Assembly (NCBI GenBank): GCA_963665115.1
Contig: OY762007.1
Span: forward strand, 2,400,001-2,464,000
Length of the DNA: 64,000 bases
Reading direction: 5' to 3'
DNA from: an uncultured Rivularia sp.
GTDB lineage: Bacteria > Cyanobacteriota > Cyanobacteriia > Cyanobacteriales > Nostocaceae
Notes under the pieces: generated by a model
What the model was told of the DNA's origin: nothing
Database searches by the model: none
Seen by the model: the letters and a program-made list of their open reading frames with translations, nothing else
Part shown: piece after piece, positions 1 to 9,573 of the stretch
Layout: each line of letters opens with the position of its first letter
How positions within the stretch are numbered: position 1 is the stretch's first letter
Translations under genes and position numbers: made by a program

Positions 1-70
1 TAGCTGAATGTATGCTTAATGTACTTCATTAAGGTCGGATGTGTCGGTTAAGTATAGCGAAATTAACTTT

Positions 71-137
71 GGGAGAGGGGGGATGAGGGGATGAGGGGAT
101 GGGGAGACAAGGGGACAAGGAGATGGGGGATAGGGAG
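71..137. repeat. G-rich short tandem repeats (GGGGATGA / GGGGACAA units)
   Basis: Directly visible imperfect 8-mer repeats; typical Nostocales intergenic STRR-like tract. Confidence 0.8.
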
Positions 138-820
138 AAAATTAAATTTTAAACTGGTAACAAGTTACTGATTACTAGTTGTTAATAAGCAATATAAATC
201 TTCCATAAAATTTAATAACGCTTCTATTTATTACAGCAATTTTATGTATTCAAAAATCGTTTTTGTAAATTTGTTTTTATGTGAAAAATATTTTGCTCTG
301 GCTAGAAAATAATGCCAAATTGGCAAGACAAGATAATCCAAATAATGCTGGAATCTAAGGTAACTGAGTGTGACAAGCTGTCGTCATGGTAGGTGTATGT
401 TGATGTATATAATTCTACGACTTACATTTTTTTAAGTAAAGTAAAGTAATTGTTTTTGGTTTATTCGATCGCATTGCTGATTGCTTAACTAATCTCGGTT
501 GGCAGATAATAAATCAAAATTGGTATTTGTGAAAATCTAGTCTCATTAAGTAGAGCAAGGTTTATGCTTCATAAACAAAGCCGCCTTTTGACTTAAACGA
601 CCAAAACTTTATTTAAATGTATAGGTACTAGAAAAAACATGAATATTCTATCTACAAAAATGATTTGAAGTCAGCTTTCATACAAAACTCTACTTGTTCT
701 AAAAATTGATTGCTTTGAGCGATCGATTGTCTGCTGCGTTTAAGAGATACTGCGATTTTTTGCAATAGCAGCAAATCAAGGGTTGTTGAATAAACGTTTA
801 TAAAAAGGAATCTCAAAAAA

Positions 821-2231
821 ATGCCTTGGGAAGTATCATCTACCTGTCCAATTAATCCCGTCCATGCAGCTTTGCTACGCACGGGAAAAGTTTTATTTTT
901 TAGCGGTTCTGGCAATAATCCAAACGATATACCACAGGCGGCACTTGGTTCGGCCTTATTTGATGTCCAGAATGGAACATTTACACGACCGCAAATTCCC
1001 GGCGATAGTAATGGAAACCCGATCGATATATTTTGCGCTGGACAAGCATTTCGACCAGCCGGAAATCTTTTAGTTGCGGGTGGAAGTAAAAGGTATGACC
1101 CGTTTTTTGGTGAAGTAGCTAGCTTTTTCTTCAGTCCTACAAGCGAAAAATGGTCAAAAAGACAGTCAATGAATGCTGGGCCGCTGGTATCCGACTCTGG
1201 TTAGTTTGGGTAACGGACAAACTCTTGCGCTGTCGGGTTTGAATGAAACGGGGAATCTGGACTCAAACCCAGAACTTTATTCCTACAGTAAAGGCTGGAG
1301 AACTTTTACCACTCAGACAAGTCCTCTCGAACAGTATGCTCACGTGTACTTGTTAGATAATGGAAAATTGTTTTATGCAGGAGCGCAGTTGGGGGGTAAC
1401 AGAGGAGTTTCGCCACGAATTTTAACTTTACCAAAAAATTTCTCCGATCCAATTGGAGAGCAGCCTGTAGGTGGATTACAAGAATCTGGAAGAGGCAACC
1501 AAGCCGCCAGCGTATTGCTACCTCCGGCACAAGACCAAAAGGTAATGATTGTTGGTGGTGGTGGTGGTGGTACAACCGCTAGAGTTAATATTGTCGATTT
1601 AAAATCAAGTAGTCCGAGCTATCAGCCAGCAGCTTCTTTAAATAATCCTCGGATGCACCACAATGCCGTGATATTGCCCAATCGCACGGTATTTGTTTGT
1701 AATGGCAGCGGCGGCAATGAAGATATCGCGAAATCAGACTTACCCGCAGAAATTTATGACCCGGCAACAGATACTTGGACAGAAGTAGAAGACCCAAGTA
1801 TCAACGGTCGCGTCTACCATTCCGTAGCCCTATTATTGCCAGACGGTAGAGTTCTCACAGCAGGAGGAAATCCCTTCCGTGGCTCATTTGAAGCTCGTAT
1901 AGAAATTTACTCCCCAGACTACATCGCAGAACAAAGACCCGTAATTAGTACCGCTCCTAGCAAAGCGAAATGGGGAACATCATTTACTATCGAGACACCC
2001 CAAGCTGCTGATATTAAATGGGTGAACATAATCAGACCGATGGCGACTACCCACGGTTTGGAAAACGAACAAAGATTAGTAGATTTACCGATTAGTTCTA
2101 CTAATGGAAACACCCTAGAAGTTGATTTAACTTCCAACCGTAACCTCGCACCTCCCGGATGGTATATGCTCACAATCGTTGACAACAATGATGTACCCTC
2201 AGTTGCTAAGTGGGTGAAAGTTAATAAGTAA
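821..2231 (+). CDS. Galactose/glyoxal oxidase-like copper radical oxidase (kelch propeller + C-terminal Ig-like DUF1929-type domain), split by +1 frameshift near 1180
   Basis: ORFs 821-1204 and 1173-2231 join as MNAG|RWYPT after removing one base in GGGCCGC; AA5-type motifs DIFCAG (Cys), RWYPT (Tyr), RVYHS (Tyr-His), TTHG (His), APPGWYML. Confidence 0.85.
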
Positions 2232-2235
2232 GAGA

Positions 2236-2340
2236 TGGAAATGGGGATGGGGAGATGGGGAGACAAGGGGACAAAGGGACAAGGAGAATTAAAATTATCA
2301 ATTCCCAATTCCCAATGCCCAATGCCCAATGCCCAATTCC
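2236..2340. repeat. STRR-type repeats (GGGGACAA and CCCAATG/CCCAATT units)
   Basis: Visible tandem 7-8-mers between two co-oriented genes. Confidence 0.8.
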
Positions 2341-2383
2341 TAACCCCTCACTTTCAATCCAAAATCTAAAATCTCATTAACAG

Positions 2384-3418
2384 GTGTCAAGTATGGAATT
2401 AATTTCGCGAAGACGTTTTGGTCAGATTGCGATCGCGTCTGGTGCTGCTGTAGCGATTAGCGGTTTGATAAATAAGAGTGTTGCTCAAACTCCAGGAGTG
2501 GTTATTTTTGGTGTAACTTCCGGTACGGTTAGCAGTAATGCTTCAGGCAGCGTTGATTCAGAAGATGTAGTTGAATCGGAAGCTGAAGAAAATTCTGTTG
2601 TAGAAAATGATCTATCACCTAAAAAGCCAGTTGTAATCCAGTCTTTCAATGTCTCTAACGGGCAAACCAAAACTGTAACAACAACTCAACCAATTTTAGA
2701 TAAAGGTGAATTTGTTAGTGGTTTTGCGGTTTCTAAAACAGGTACCCTGGTAGTCGCGACTAGTGCTATTGCTCCGGAGAAAAATATTGGAAGTCGTTTG
2801 ATAACTGTCAAAGATAATTCCGTGGAGACTAAAGAAGTCTCTGGAGTCGCTAAAGATGAGTTGCTGGATCTAATCGAATTACCAGATGGTTCTATTGGTG
2901 GAATAGTTAAAAACGAAAACGGAACCGGAAGCAGAAAAATTGTTGATGTCGAAACTGAAAGTGGATCGGTTAAGAAGAAAACCGCACCTATCAAACTACC
3001 CAGCGAAGGAAAGTTAGAGACATCTGGCAATACTACAGCTGTTGTAACTCAAGCAGAAACTCAGGTTTTAGAAGCAGAAAAAGCTCCTATAGAAATCAAG
3101 AGCGAACTACCTTCGGACAAAGAATACAATAATGTAGTTGTATGCGCTGATGGAAATCGCTATGGATTTCTAACTGACTTTCAAGGTGATACAAGTTTAG
3201 TAAATATAACAACAGGTAAAACGACACCAATAACTTTTGAAGGTGCAGTTTGGAACAACGGTTTTAGCGGTTTAGTTTGTGCAAAAAACAACGAATTATA
3301 TGCTCTAGGTGGTCGTAGATACGAAACTCCTAAATTCCTACATTTTGTAGATAAAGAAACAGGAAATCTCAAACGATTGGGCGCTTTTGATGTAGCTACT
3401 ATTGCTCTCGGAAATTAG
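2384..3418 (+). CDS. Tat-exported hypothetical protein, probably beta-propeller-like
   Basis: N-terminal SRRRFGQ twin-arginine motif, hydrophobic stretch and VAQ cleavage-like site; beta-rich composition. Confidence 0.65.
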   Translation: MSSMELISRRRFGQIAIASGAAVAISGLINKSVAQTPGVVIFGVTSGTVSSNASGSVDSEDVVESEAEENSVVENDLSPKKPVVIQSFNVSNGQTKTVTTTQPILDKGEFVSGFAVSKTGTLVVATSAIAPEKNIGSRLITVKDNSVETKEVSGVAKDELLDLIELPDGSIGGIVKNENGTGSRKIVDVETESGSVKKKTAPIKLPSEGKLETSGNTTAVVTQAETQVLEAEKAPIEIKSELPSDKEYNNVVVCADGNRYGFLTDFQGDTSLVNITTGKTTPITFEGAVWNNGFSGLVCAKNNELYALGGRRYETPKFLHFVDKETGNLKRLGAFDVATIALGN

Positions 3419-3491
3419 AAGGATGAAGAGTTAGGAGTTAGAAAATACGGCGGAAAGTTATAAATTAGACTCCTAATATTCGACCACATAA

Positions 3492-3549
3492 GGTTTGTAG
3501 TAAGGAATACCCGTCCTAAATCCGAGCGATAAATCGCTTACTACGAACC
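3492..3549. repeat. REP doublet (REPIN-like), GGTTyGTAGTA family
   Basis: GGTTTGTAGTAAGG...GAGCGATAAATCGCTTACTACGAACC inverted pair with GTAG feet. Confidence 0.65.
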
Positions 3550-3766
3550 TTTTTTCCTATCAAATTTCATGAAATAAACTATTAGAGTTTTTAAATCCCT
3601 CTAAATCGCCTTTGGGGGATTTGCGTTAGTCATATTTTAATTGAAAAATTGTCTTTAATACTCAGCGATTTAGCATAAAATCTTTTAATTGGGAAACACA
3701 TTTTTGTTTTATCCGGATAGCGCTGAACATGAAATGGCATACAGTTCCCATACATTTAACTAAAAA

Positions 3767-3797
3767 AATGTAGGATGAAAAATTAACATCCTACATT
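3767..3797. terminator. Hairpin, possible intrinsic terminator
   Basis: AATGTAGGATG...CATCCTACATT inverted repeat preceded by an A-run. Confidence 0.45.
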
Positions 3798-3997
3798 GAT
3801 ATTGCGTCCCTCTAGTTGTTATAAAATTCATGCATTAATTGCATAACTCCGGATAGAATGCAAAAAGCAAAAGGGAACTTTTAATAAAGTAAAGTTTAGC
3901 CTCATGATTACAAGAGCCTGGAATTAATTATCGGAGAGGTTTAATTAATTAATTTCGAGAAGTCAAAGTCTTAGGGATAGAAGAAGGTTTGACATAC

Positions 3998-4350
3998 TCA
4001 CCGACCTGAAGGCGCGGTGATTCTTAACGCTTCATTGACGGACGCTACCGAAGTAGTCTTACTCTGTCTCTGCGTCCATTTAGAGTCGTGGCAATGCCCT
4101 ATCCCGACTTTATCTATATTTTTTGCTGCATTCTCATCACGGTCGTGTTCAGTGCCACAGTTCAAACACTGAACCGAACGTACTTTTAAATCGAGTTTGC
4201 CCCATTTATAACCACATTCCGAACAAACTTGACTTGTTGGCTCCCATCGACTTATAACGTGAAAATCTCGGCTAAATTTCTCAGATTTACCTTCGCACAA
4301 AGTTCTAAATTCTCTCCAACCTTGTAAACTAATTGCTCTAGAAAGTTTAG
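3998..4350 (-). pseudogene. tnpB: TnpB C-terminal fragment (zinc ribbon + RuvC-III)
   Basis: KLSRAISLQGWREFR...PTSQVCSECG...CLNCGTEHDRDENAAKNI; the larger N-terminal part is missing. Confidence 0.9.
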
Positions 4351-4688
4351 ACTTAGTTGAAAAAACGTTTGTAGAAGTTGCAAAAAAGATGGATTTCCAA
4401 GTACTTGAATTCAATGGAGAAGGAAATCATGTTCACTGTGCAATTGAATATCCACCTAAACTATCAGTTTCTCAAATAGTTAATGCATTAAAAGGAGTGT
4501 CCAGCCGTCGCTATGGGCAAGCAGGATTTAAAAAACCCCATAAAGGCGAAGCTCGCCGGACAGAGGATTCTGTCCGGCAGACTTCGCAATCTTTGTGGAG
4601 TCCTAGCTATTTTGCCATTTCTGTTGGTGGTGCGCCACTAGAAATTCTAAAAGAGTATATCAAGAATCAAGAAAAGCCGCTCCTTTAG
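4338..4688 (+). pseudogene. tnpA: IS200-type TnpA (Y1 HUH transposase), 5'-truncated, with a 42-bp in-frame palindromic insertion
   Basis: NHVH HUH motif, YPPKLSVSQIVNALKGVSSR, LWSPSYF, EYIKNQ catalytic Tyr. Confidence 0.9.
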
Positions 4689-5095
4689 AACGGGGCTTGA
4701 ATCCCGTTATTTCCGGTCAACCTATAGCCATTTATTGTGAAATGCTGGTGTGGAAAAGAAAAATGCAAGTGCGGACCAGTAGATTTAGCGCAACGATTCC
4801 AAGGTTTATCACCAGCAATAACACCTATCTGCTGACCTTTTTTATATCTTTTGTTTTGGTACACGCTAGAAGATTTGACATGAACTAAGCTATACATCTT
4901 TCCCCGTGAGGATTGTAGGCGAATTGCTAGATGATTATTACCTGCATTACAGAATCCCACTACTTTACTGTCGGTAGGTGCAACAACAGGGGTTCCTGCT
5001 GGTAATCCAAAATCTAAACTTTTATTTTTACCCCAGCTATCAGAATGCCAGCGCTGAGTCACTCTTGCCGTTACCCCTCCAGACCACGGCAACAT
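4685..5095 (-). pseudogene. M23 family metallopeptidase; 3' end interrupted by the IS605 remnant (original tail at 3949-3988); 5' end apparently truncated
   Basis: HSDSWG...SLDF, GTPVVAP, LVH, GQQIG, STGPHLHF M23 motifs; ORF runs into the IS left end. Confidence 0.75.
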
Positions 5096-5474
5096 CCAAC
5101 TAGATTGCCTTCTAGAAGCATTAACATCGAATACCTGAAAAGCAAGAGCTAATTCAATGCAAAGAAAAGCTAGATGCTAGAATTAGGAACTTACAGAAAG
5201 AAGCATCTAAAGGATTAAATAAATATCTGAAATTTTTATTGGGTTTAGATGAAAGCGTTAACAAGCCACGAACTGACGAATTGATTAAGAATCTAAAAGA
5301 AAAAGGATATGGAACCGTTGAAATGAATTCTTGAATCTATTTGGCAAGCGATTAAAATAACAAATGAAGCGAGACAAAAGAAGGTAAATAAACAGTCTAA
5401 ATATTGATAAACTCCACTCCCTCTACAAAGGAATGGAGTTATTTTATCCACACCATTACATCAAGATTTCACTG

Positions 5475-6698
5475 TTAACTGTTAACTGCTACAGGAGCCA
5501 AGGAAGCAGTTGTATCGCTGTTAAGTTGCCAATACTTATAAGCAGCGTAGGCAAAAGTGACAACCCCTGTAATAATTGCGGATTCGTCAACTTCAAATTT
5601 GGGATGGTGTAATGGGTGATTGACTTCTCGATCCGTGAAACCTACACCCAAGCGGAACATCGAACCCGGTGCTTTTTCTAAATACATCGAAAAATCTTCT
5701 CCACCAAGGGAAGCTTCAGGTAAAATTTCAACGCGATCGCCACCCCATGCTTCTTCTGCTGCTGACTGCAATATTTGGGTAAGCGCTAAATCGTTTTGAA
5801 CGCTGGGCACCCCTTTACGATAGTCAATTTGGTATTTTGCACCGTAAGTATCGCAAACGTTTTTGACGATATTTTCAATCCAACCTGGTAATTCCTTGCT
5901 GCTATCTGGGTGAAGCGATCGCACTGTTCCCTGCAAGCGCACGGAATCGGCTATCACGTTTGGCGCTCTACCACCGCTAATTTTTCCTATGCTCAATACT
6001 ACAGGATGTATCGGGTTTCGCGTGCGGCTAATTGCTTGTTGTAGCGTAGTAATAACTTGTGCGGCAATCCAAATAGCGTCTATTGCTTGATGAGGACGTG
6101 CCCCATGTCCCGATTCACCAGTAATAATAATTTCTAAATCGTCTGCTGCTGCTGTTAATGCACCGTAACGTATACCAACAGAACCCGCAGCTATAGAAGG
6201 AAAAACGTGAATTCCTAAAATACTGTCAACATTATCCATAGCTCCATCTGCAACCATCCAGCTTGCGCCTTGAGCAATTTCCTCTGCTGGCTGAAATATA
6301 AACCGTACTTTTCCTGATAACTCTTGTGATAACTTCGACAAAATCATTGCCGTGCCCAAACCAACCGTAGTATGGACATCATGACCGCAAGCGTGCATAA
6401 TTCCTTGATTGCGCGAAGCATAATCCAAAGATGCTAATTCCTGAATCGGTAAAGCATCCATATCGGTACGAATAGCTAAAATACGATCATCATCACCATT
6501 ACCTCCGAGTTCGCCAATTACACCAGTTTTGCCGATATTTTCCTCAACATGAATACCGTTAGAAGACAAAACCCCAGCAACGAAAGCCGCTGTTTGGAAC
6601 TCTTCACCGCTAAGTTCCGGGTGAGAATGAATATGGCGACGAATTTCAACTAAACGCGGTGCTAATTCTGCTGCTAAATCTTTAATACGAGAAAGCAT
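5475..6698 (-). CDS. M20D family amidohydrolase (N-acyl-amino acid amidohydrolase-like)
   Basis: HSHPELS, RTDMDALP, MHACGHD, FQPAEE, GHGARPH, LGGEDF, LHHPKF motifs. Confidence 0.93.
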   Translation of the reverse strand: MLSRIKDLAAELAPRLVEIRRHIHSHPELSGEEFQTAAFVAGVLSSNGIHVEENIGKTGVIGELGGNGDDDRILAIRTDMDALPIQELASLDYASRNQGIMHACGHDVHTTVGLGTAMILSKLSQELSGKVRFIFQPAEEIAQGASWMVADGAMDNVDSILGIHVFPSIAAGSVGIRYGALTAAADDLEIIITGESGHGARPHQAIDAIWIAAQVITTLQQAISRTRNPIHPVVLSIGKISGGRAPNVIADSVRLQGTVRSLHPDSSKELPGWIENIVKNVCDTYGAKYQIDYRKGVPSVQNDLALTQILQSAAEEAWGGDRVEILPEASLGGEDFSMYLEKAPGSMFRLGVGFTDREVNHPLHHPKFEVDESAIITGVVTFAYAAYKYWQLNSDTTASLAPVAVNS

Positions 6699-7067
6699 TG
6701 ATTAATTCTTTTGCGAGCTTTTTCCACATAATAAAGAAATGTAACACTTATTACCGTTCAATTTATACAAATTATTTATTGGTAATTGGTAATTGGGGAA
6801 TTGGGCATTGGGGATTGGGGATTGGGAATTGGGAATTAGAAGTTATTTAACCTTTAACCTTTGACCTTTGCCTTTAACTTTACTCTGTATTATGGTGTAA
6901 CATAAGAATATCAACTCACGGTAACGGGATATGTAGTTCCTCAAGTCACTCAAATTTAAGATTTAGCGCGAATGCTGTCTTTTCGGACGCTTCTATTTTC
7001 ATTCGTTGCGAATTTTTAATTTAAATTTGATTTGAATTTTGATTGAACTTGCCAAGAGTTAAAAGAA

Positions 7068-7856
7068 ATGAAACAAATATATAAATATCCGCGTACCTAC
7101 CATATTCAGGGTTCGCGACTCCAGCCAGGGGATGAAGATTTAAATGATGTCGCTTTCGCGGAAATTAAGCAGCGCTATGTAGTGGTTGAAGAAAAAATTG
7201 ATGGTGCCAATGCTGCTATTAGCTTCAGTGCTGATGGACAAATCCAACTGCAAAGTCGGGGGCATTACTTAACGGGTGGAGCGCGAGAAAAGCACTTCAA
7301 TTTGTTTAAGCAGTGGGCTAATACTCACGTTGCTAGTTTTTGGGAAATATTAGGTAGTCGTTATATTCTTTACGGAGAATGGCTGTATGCAAAACATACG
7401 GTGTTTTACGATGCTTTACCTCATTATTTCTTAGAATTCGACGTACTTGACTTAGAAAAGCAAGTATTTTTGAGTACCGCAAAAAGAAAACAGTTATTAG
7501 CAGGTTTACCGTTAGTTTCCGTACCTGTGCTGTTTACTGGGGAGCTTCAATCCTATAAACAATTAATTAGTTTCTTAGGAAAATCGCATTATCAAACCGC
7601 CAAACACTTACAAAACTTTGAACAAATTTGTTTGGAAAAAGGATTAGATATCGAACGTTCCCTGCAACAAACTGACCAAAGTTGTGTAATGGAAGGTTTG
7701 TATATCAAAGTCGAATTAAAAGATACGGTTGTAGAACGGTATAAATACGTGCGATCGAGTTTTTTGACCACTATTAAGCAATCAGATGGACATTGGCTCA
7801 ACCGTCCGATAATTCCGAATATTTTACGCGACGATGTTGACTTGTTTGGAGGCTAG
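7068..7856 (+). CDS. ATP-dependent RNA ligase family protein
   Basis: KYPRT N-terminus, motif I EEKIDGAN, QSR, motif III YGEW, IIIa FLEFDV, motif IV EGLYIK, motif V RYKYV. Confidence 0.88.
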   Translation: MKQIYKYPRTYHIQGSRLQPGDEDLNDVAFAEIKQRYVVVEEKIDGANAAISFSADGQIQLQSRGHYLTGGAREKHFNLFKQWANTHVASFWEILGSRYILYGEWLYAKHTVFYDALPHYFLEFDVLDLEKQVFLSTAKRKQLLAGLPLVSVPVLFTGELQSYKQLISFLGKSHYQTAKHLQNFEQICLEKGLDIERSLQQTDQSCVMEGLYIKVELKDTVVERYKYVRSSFLTTIKQSDGHWLNRPIIPNILRDDVDLFGG

Positions 7857-7924
7857 AAAGAGATGGGGGGAGATGGGGAAATGGGGAAATGGAAAAATGG
7901 GGAGAAACAACCTTGATATTAGCA

Positions 7925-7946
7925 GGGAGCGAGACGCTCCCACTAC
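7925..7946 (-). repeat. GTAG-type REP (GTAGTGGGAGCGTCTCGCTCCC); further copies at about 31379, 32948 and 53354
   Basis: Near-identical palindrome + CTAC seen four times in the window. Confidence 0.8.
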
Positions 7947-7958
7947 ATTTCTAACTCC

Positions 7959-8294
7959 TAACCTTTAACCTTTGACCTTTAACCTTTGACCTTTAACCTT
8001 TGACCTTTAACCTTTGACCTTTAACCTTTGACCTTTAACCTTTGACCTTTAACCTTTGACCTTTAACCTTTGACCTTTAACCTTTGACCTTTAACCTTTG
8101 ACCTTTAACCTTTGACCTTTAACCTTTGACCTTTAACCTTTGACCTTTAACCTTTGACCTTTAACCTTTGACCTTTAACCTTTGACCTTTAACCTTTGAC
8201 CTTTAACCTTTGACCTTTAACCTTTGACCTTTAACCTTTGACCTTTAACCTTTAACCTTTAACCTTTAACCTTTAACCTTTGACCTTTAACCTT
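7959..8294. repeat. Long heptamer tandem array, alternating AACCTTT/GACCTTT (14-bp higher-order unit), ~47 heptamers
   Basis: Directly visible; a short array of the same type lies at 6848-6878. Confidence 0.97.
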
Positions 8295-8307
8295 CGATCT
8301 TTTTATC

Positions 8308-9430
8308 ATGAATTGGACTTTTCCTTATTGCCCAAGTAAGAGTAATTTTGCAATAAATTGGCACAAATTAGAAGATAAATTCGAGTGGTTGCGGTTGCTT
8401 GCTGATTGTCCCGCAGGATGCACGTTATCACAGAGAAGGTGATGTTCTGACTCATACAAAGTTGGTGTGTGAGGCAATAGTAGAATTACCTCAATGGCAA
8501 GCTCTATCTGAAACACAGCGCTCGGTGCTGTTTGCTGCGGCTTTACTGCATGATGTGGCGAAACCAAACGCTACCAAAATAGAAGATTCGGGGACAATTA
8601 GTTCTAAGGGACACGTGTTACAAGGTGCAAAAATGACGCAAGAAATTCTCTGGGATTTGAATGTACCTTTTAAACAACGAGAAGAAATTGTGGCTCTGGT
8701 GAAATACGGAAGTTTACCTTTATGGTTTTGGGATAAATCAAACCCGGAACAAGCTGTTATCAAAGCTAGCCAAATTATTCGTTGCGATATGTTGGCTATG
8801 CTTGCCGAAGCTGACGTAAGAGGACGTTATTGCGACGATCGAAAGCAACTATTTGAACGCATTGATTTTTTTAAGGAATTTTGTCAAGAAAACGATTGTT
8901 TTACCAATCCACGCTTATTTCCATCAGCCCACAGTAGGTTTATTTATTTCCAAAGAGAAGATAAAAGTCCCGATTATCACGCTTATGACGATACTCGCTT
9001 TCAAGTAATAATAATGTCAGGATTACCCGGTTCGGGAAAAGACACCTGGATTCAAGAAAATCTTCCCGACTACAAGGTAATTTCTCTCGATCGATTGCGT
9101 CATGAGATGGGAGTTGAACCAGGTGGAAATCAAGGTGAAGTTGCAAATGCAGCGAAATCTCTGGCTAAAGATTATATGCGAGCGGGAGAATCTTTTATTT
9201 GGAATGCAACTAATTTAAATCGGCAATTACGGGGAATGCTAATTAGTTTATTTGCAGCTTATCAAGCAGAGATTCGCATTGTTTATTTAGAAACATCTTG
9301 GTTAGAACTATTGCGAAGAAATAAAACAAGAACGAAAAAAGTACCAGAAAAAGTACTCTACCGCATGAAAAATCGTTTGGAAGTTCCCACGGTTATTGAA
9401 GCACATCGCGTGGATTGGATTGAGAGTTGA
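8308..9430 (+). CDS. HD-domain phosphoesterase + P-loop polynucleotide kinase fusion (HD-Pnk-like), +1 frameshift near 8410
   Basis: ATG 8308 MNWTFPYCP...LADCP joins QDARYHREGDV after removing one C; AALLHDVAK HD motif; GLPGSGKDTW Walker A; WNATN, RxxR lid-like motif. Confidence 0.88.
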
Positions 9431-9573
9431 AGGAGATGGGGGGACAAGGAGACAAAGAAGTGAAGACGTGAGGGGATGATGGGATAAGGGGATGAGGAAA
9501 TAACTTTTATTCCATCACTTCATCATCATTCTTTACTGACTACTTGCTACTTACTACTCCCTACTCTCTACTC

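Larger units (their letters stand above)
3989..4715 (-). mobile_element. Internally deleted IS200/IS605-family element (divergent tnpA/tnpB remnants, both ends retained)
   Basis: On the minus strand the left end follows TTGAC (4720-4716) with hairpin AACGGGATTCAAGCCCCGTT; the right end is TCACCG...CGGTGAGTATGTCAA ending at 3989; tnpA and tnpB 3' fragments abut near 4338-4350. Confidence 0.85.

Noticed and set aside
3998..4414. Functional TnpB / Cas12-like nuclease
   Set aside because: Only the C-terminal ~115 aa remain; the ORF's first residues are antisense tnpA sequence
7959..8294. Telomere-like or coding repeat
   Set aside because: It is an internal intergenic heptamer array of the STRR type; TAA/TGA stops occur in all plus-strand frames
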